Assembly (NCBI RefSeq): GCF_009914755.1
Contig: NC_060933.1
Source of the DNA: the human T2T-CHM13v2.0 reference genome, Homo sapiens
DNA length: 64,000 nt
Reading direction: 5' to 3' (one strand)
Shown: piece after piece, positions 58,480-64,000 of the stretch
Numbering within the stretch: the first letter of the stretch is position 1
Layout of the letters: the number at the start of each line of letters is the position of its first letter
Notes under the pieces: generated by a model
The model's input: the letters and a program-made list of their open reading frames with translations, nothing else
Told to the model about the DNA's origin: nothing
Databases searched by the model: none
Translations under genes and position numbers: made by a program

Positions 58480-59800
58480 CTCTGCCTGAGGCCCAGAATT
58501 CAGGAAAAGGCAAATCCAGACACAGAAAATGTTTCTATTCTTGAGAATGAACTGCTGGCCCTTCCAGAATGAAAGGGGCCCAATGTAGTCAACTTCTTCC
58601 CTAGTCTCTGTTGCTGGCAGCTGCACGTTTTGTAGTGGCAGTCTTGGTAAATGGGAATCCACAATGCTTGTTCCATGAGTGACCTCAATCTCTGCTACCA
58701 CGGTCACTTGATTCGTGTGTCTATCATGCCAACACTGGGGTGGCCAATGACAGAGATGTCTGTCAGTCAACTGGCTAGGACATTTTGGCTACTTGGTTTT
58801 TAGTGCCTCTTTTGAGGGTGCTCTCTGGTGGATGTTCACATTTTATGCACTTTATGCTCATTCCCGTATGTCTATCCACATCCCTCTCCCCTAGACCTCC
58901 AATCTTTTTCCCTCCAAGTCCCAAATCAGCTGACCAGACCATTTGCCATTGCTCATGAGTTTGTATATATCCTAACCTCAAGCTACTTCTCTTTCCACAC
59001 AAAGTGGTTAGCCAAGTGCCCTCCTCAAAGCACTGCCTATTGGGAGGATTTTCCCCTGCCACTGTCTCTCAAGACCACCTTTGAGCAGACTGTGGAGAAG
59101 CTACCATCCACTTCCAGCTTGCACTCATACATAGGGCAGAGCAATCTACAAAGCAAGCTCAAATTTCTCTTTTTTCAACTTGCAATGAAGAATCCCCCAT
59201 TCAGCTATGAGGGCGCAGCAATGGGAAAACAGTGGTAGGTACATTGGCAGTCTGCGCTGCTGCTCATGCAGCTTACTTCTGCCCTCTGGTCCTGCTTCTC
59301 TTCAGTCCGGCAGCACCTTCATTTTAGGATGAATTCCTGCTGGTGTCCCCTTATCTTATAACTTGGTTGATTTGCCCCAGATCACAATGAGAAGTTTCAC
59401 TGCCTGGTCACTTGGCAACCATTGGCAGGCTTTCTGTCTCTACCAGAGCCTTGTAGCATGGTAGGAGTAGTTTTTCCAAAGGCATGTGATTCTCCACCAG
59501 AGATGGCATAGCCTTGCTCCAGATTCCCAAGGCCTTGAGTTGTGATTCTTCCACTGGCACTTGCCACAAAACCCATATAGCATCTTTCTCTCTTTTTAAT
59601 CTACCTATCTGCACACTGAACACATAGCATCTTTTCTCATAACTGATACCTCCAATGCAAGTGTATCTGCAGGATCATATGGCCCAAGCGACAGGGCCCA
59701 GACCTGCTGCGGAGCCTTTTCTTGCGCTAGGTCCTATGTAAGCTTGGCAGTCTTTCATGTCACTGAGTATATGAGCGGGAGCAGTAATCAAAATATGCAC
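58480..59800 (-). pseudogene. Decayed ERVL (HERV16/HERVL-like) pol: RT connection, RNase H, integrase N-terminus
   Basis: Fragments LGPYDPAD, DAIWVLWQVPVEESQLKALGIWSKAMPS...EKLLLPCYKALVETE, VDYIGPLSFWKGQQFIL and IETFSVSGFAF, broken by frameshifts and stops. Confidence 0.85.
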
Positions 59801-60536
59801 ATGGCTACAAATTTTCATCTATTTTTGCTAAACATAATGTGAAGGTGGTTGAAAGCTGGATGCCCCAGGAAGAAGTGCATCAATTTACATGTAAGATCTC
59901 GGCTCTGAGGGAAGGAAACACTAGAGAACCCTCCTCTCAAAACCACCTATGATTGCTTTTTCCTGAGGCATGCAAAAATCAGACTTTCTAGTTGATTAGC
60001 CAGGCATGAAGTTCTATCTTGACAAGAAGAAAGTACATCCTGTTGTCTTCTTGTCTCGATCTCAAATGTGCTCTTGCCAGATATTAATACATTGCCTTTC
60101 TTTAAACACAGGAAGTGGGTAAGGCAAATTTTCTCAAAGGCTCAGAACGGCACAATATTTCTCCCCTTTGCTTACATGCAGAAGATATCTGAGAATATAT
60201 CTAGCCAATATGTGTAAAGTTTTCATTGACTCAAGCAAGCAGAAGAGTTCAGACAATAATAAGGCATCCTAATTGTTCTAGTGTAAAAAAAAGCTCTGTA
60301 CTTATTTGTGGTTATTTTTTAAAAATCCACTTTGGAAAATGTGCAGAAAATTTCAGGCTTGGCTAATGCTCTTTTTCCATCTCATGTCCTTTAGCATATG
60401 ACTCAAGTTTTCCATGTTATCATAAGGTAATTTTGCTATCTTTCATTTATTAGTGTTTATTATTAATTACTTATTATTATAATATAATGCCAATATAATC
60501 ACACTTAATACTTAGAAAAATCTAGTAAAGGAGGCT

Positions 60537-61660
60537 GTGTCAGGGATCTACAGGACCACTCCCAGGTTAGTGATTTGCTAGAAATCTAAATATAATGACA
60601 TTCATGGCTAAAATTTATTACAGTAAATAGATGCAAAGAAAAATTAGCAAAGGGAAAAGGCACATGGGCGAGGTCCAGAAGTAACCAAGCACAAGCTTCC
60701 AAGAGCCATCTCCCAGTACGGTCCCCTCCCAGTACAGTCCCCTCCCAGTAGAGTCCCAAAGGACATGCTTGATTCCTCCAGCAATGAGTTGTGACAACAC
60801 ATGTGAAATGTTGTCTACAAGGTGAGATAGGAGGTGGGACTCTGGAGGTGATGCTCAGAAACTGGACCAGATTGAGGACTAGCTAAAACAGGGAAGAGAT
60901 AAAAATACCTCTCTGTAAGACATGCCCACAAGAGTGCCATGTCAGTTTACCATTGCCATGGCAACACCCAGAGATTTCTGCCCCTTTCCATGGCAATGAC
61001 CCAATGACTCAGAAGTTACCACTCTTTTTCTAGAAATTTCTGCATAATCCACCCCTTGATTTGCATGTAATTTAAAGTGGGTATAACTATGACTGCAGAA
61101 CTGCCTCTGAGCTGCCACTCTGGGCACACTGCCTGTGGGGTGGCCTTCTCCACAGAACCAGTACCTCTGCTGCTGCTGTACACTGCTGCTTCAATAAAAG
61201 TTGCTGTCTAGGCCAGGCGCAGTGGCTCATGCCTGTAATCCCAGCAATTTGAGAGGTTGACGTGGGCGGATCACTTGAGCCCAGGAGTTTGAGACCAGCC
61301 TGGGCAACATGGCAAAATACTGTCCCAACTAAAAATACAAAAATTAGCCAGCCATGGTGGCATGCACCTGTGGTCCCAGCTACTCAGGAGGCTGAGGTAG
61401 GAGGATCACTTGAGCCTGGGAGGTTGAGGCTGTAGTGAGCTGTGACCATGCCACTGCACCCAAGCCTTTGAGACTCTGTCTCAAAAAAAAAAAAAAAAAA
61501 AGGTGCTTTCTAACATGACCAGCTGGCTCTTGAATTCTTTCCTGGGCAAAGGCAAGGCAAGAACTCTCGCTGGCTAAGCCCCAGCTTTGGGGCTTACCTG
61601 CCCTGCATCAAAGGGAAGCCCATTAGGGCCTCAGTGCTGAGAATTTTTACTGGGGATGGT
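60537..61660. mobile_element. Nested insertion: MER21-like LTR > ERV1 solo LTR (60823-61610) > Alu (61211-61501)
   Basis: Inner LTR runs TG...CA with 4-bp TSD aagg. Alu TSD is aaagttgctgtcta / aaaggtgctttcta. Confidence 0.8.
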
Positions 61661-62389
61661 GGTTTATAATCTCAGTATTTTTCATTTCTAAAAGATTTAT
61701 AAAGGAAAAGTAAGGATGTTCATCTATGTAGTTGTCTCTGTTAGTTTCTTTGTGTGATTGTTGGTTTTGACTTTGACCTGATGTGAAAAAATGTCCCAAG
61801 GACAGACACCAAGGAAAGCACGAGATGAGTAATCCATCAAAGCTTCTGTATGAGATGCAAGCCTTCCTCTTTCCATCTCTTCATAGGAGGAAATGGGAAG
61901 ATTCTTCCCCTGAATCACAGCCCTCCAAGTGTCTACAGGATATACAGCTATTTTCACTTCAGTAGCTTCACATGGGAAAAAATCCCTGACATGGCTATCA
62001 GGTCAAAATGAATCAAGAGATAAGATATGTGTATCTGTGAGACTTTTAGACCTAAAACCAGGCTACCCATGACAACTATTTATTGGCTCTCTTAACTGTA
62101 TTAAAGCACAAATACAAAAAGATAAACATGTTGTCTAAAAATAAATCAATAAATTGGTCTACTCTACCCACTTCAGCATTGCGAAGGAACTACTGTGCAA
62201 CTCAGTCTACACTGTGCTGTTTCTTCTGGCACGTTTCTTGAATTTGATTTGCACAGCAGAAAAGAATCCTCTCATAGGGCATTATTTATGTATCAGCACA
62301 GCAAATACTTTGGTCAGCTACCCAATACTAATAAAACTAACGCCTGTTTATGGTTCATCTTAGTCTCACTTGTTTTCTCTTTTCAAATT

Positions 62390-63432
62390 GTGTTGTTGCT
62401 GTTATTGTTGCCATTGTTGTTGTTGAGACAGGGTCTTGCTTTGTCACCCAGGGTGGAATGCAGTGGTACAATCAACGGCTCACTGCAGCCTCAACCTCCC
62501 GGGCTCAAATGATCCTCCCACCTCAGCCTCCTGAGTAGCTGAGAGTACAGGTATGTGCCACCATGCCCAAAGAGTTTTATTTATTTTTGTAGAGATGAGG
62601 TCTCACTATGTTGCCCAAGCTGTCCAGCTGTCCTTAACTGGACTCAAGCAATCTTCCCTCCTTGGCCTCCCAGAGTGCCGGGACTATAGGCATGAGCCAC
62701 TGTGCCCAGCCTTTTAAATGTTTTAATTGGCAAATAATAAATTTATTTATGGGGTATAATGTGTGATATTTTGATATATGTATACAATGAAATAAATAAA
62801 TCAAGTCGATTAACATATTGATCACCTCACTTATTATTTCAGTCTCTCTTGTTTATTTTCAAACCTTAGAAGCTTTGTATAAATAAAAGCATATTTAGCC
62901 TTAAGGAATGAAGTCAGTGGTTATTTCAACCACCTCTTGGCCCATATGCCCTTCCGTTTTTCTCCCCAAACCGTGCTTTTATGATCAATATGCCTCTCTA
63001 AGCTTAGGTGAAAATTTCAGCCCCATAATTTATAAGTGAAGTGAGCTTGGACCAGCTACTTAAACTTTCTGGCTTCAGTTTCTTCATCTGTAAAATGAGA
63101 ATGATAATAATATTCATCTCTTGAAGTAGCTGAAAGAATTAATTATACAATGCATGCAAAGCCCTTAGCATACTGCCTGATACTTAATAAATGCTTAACA
63201 TTTTTTTATTTATTTTTCTTTATTATCATAAAGGCCACTCGGTGATCATTGATAATCCATTTTGAAAAGTCTGTACAATCTATTAGAACAGAAATTCCTT
63301 TGGCCAGGCATGGCATCGCACACCTGTAATCCCAACACTTTGGAAGGCCAAGGTGGTGAATTGCTTGAGCCTTAGGAGTTTGAGGCCAACCTGGGCAACA
63401 TAGCAAGACCCCATCTCAACAACAACAAAAAA
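62390..63432. mobile_element. AluJ (62390-62713, -), MIR (about 63040-63200), FLAM (63302-63432, +)
   Basis: Consensus motifs. Confidence 0.8.
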
Positions 63433-64000
63433 GAAATTATTTTATTTTCTTCTTTTTTGACCTGAAGCATTTATGTAATGTTGGTATTGTTCTTATCTAT
63501 GAAGACTGGGTATTGGGAAAGTCATGCAAAAACCCAGGAGAACCCTTTGGTGCCAAATGTTGAGAGTATAGGGGTCCATCAGGGACTAAATGTGAGCTAA
63601 AAGTCACAAGGTTCCAGGCAACAGGAAGATAGAGCACCAGCTGAAACCCTGAGATAACTTTGGAACTAGGAATGGAGGCCACCTTTACTGACACTTTCTT
63701 GTAATCTTTCCCAATCAATTTTGCTTATTTGGTATGTGGGTTGCTATGGTGATGGGATAATGGGAAGAAACTGTACAACAGATGGTCCTAATCTATTTAA
63801 ACTTTACTAAAGTTTATTCCTTTGAGGTAAAACTGTGACAGCACATACCTAGTTGCTAAGATGCCAGTAAGCATCATGACTTTAGTCTGGCCTCTGTCTT
63901 CCCTATACATCCTTGTAACCCAGGGATGCCACCATTTATGCCAAGTAATACGATTTGGTGAGGGTTAAAGACTGCTATTTGGTAGCAGTTAAGCATATGC

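Noticed and set aside
58480-59800. Possible domesticated ERVL pol gene
   Set aside because: Multiple frameshifts, stops and deletions leave no intact domain.

Overview
Primate (almost certainly human) genomic DNA carrying the 5' part of CEMIP2 (TMEM2, cell-surface hyaluronidase family) on the minus strand, plus about 30 kb of repeat-rich upstream sequence. From splice signals and reading frame I reconstruct a non-coding exon 1 in a CpG island (about 32933-32777), exon 2 (14635-14293, ATG at 14623), exon 3 (10589-10449), exon 4 (9827-9266) and exon 5 (4480-4311). Exons 3 and 5 are absent from the ORF track. The coding exons give 1204 nt: cytoplasmic tail, type II TM helix, G8 domain and first GG domain. 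The gene continues beyond position 1. The rest is about 45 Alus, L1/L2/MIR fragments, hAT elements, several LTRs, a decayed ERVL pol and microsatellites. Nearly all other ORFs in the track are Alu-derived, low-complexity or GC-island artefacts. I see no evidence of a wholly new gene system. The best leads are a strong-Kozak 21-aa uORF in exon 1, inverted Alus tightly bracketing the start-codon exon, a locally copied Alu arm that includes its unique flank, an 8x19-bp array at an ERVL junction, and an N-glycosylation sequon at N248. Repeat subfamily names are from memory and repeat boundaries are approximate.
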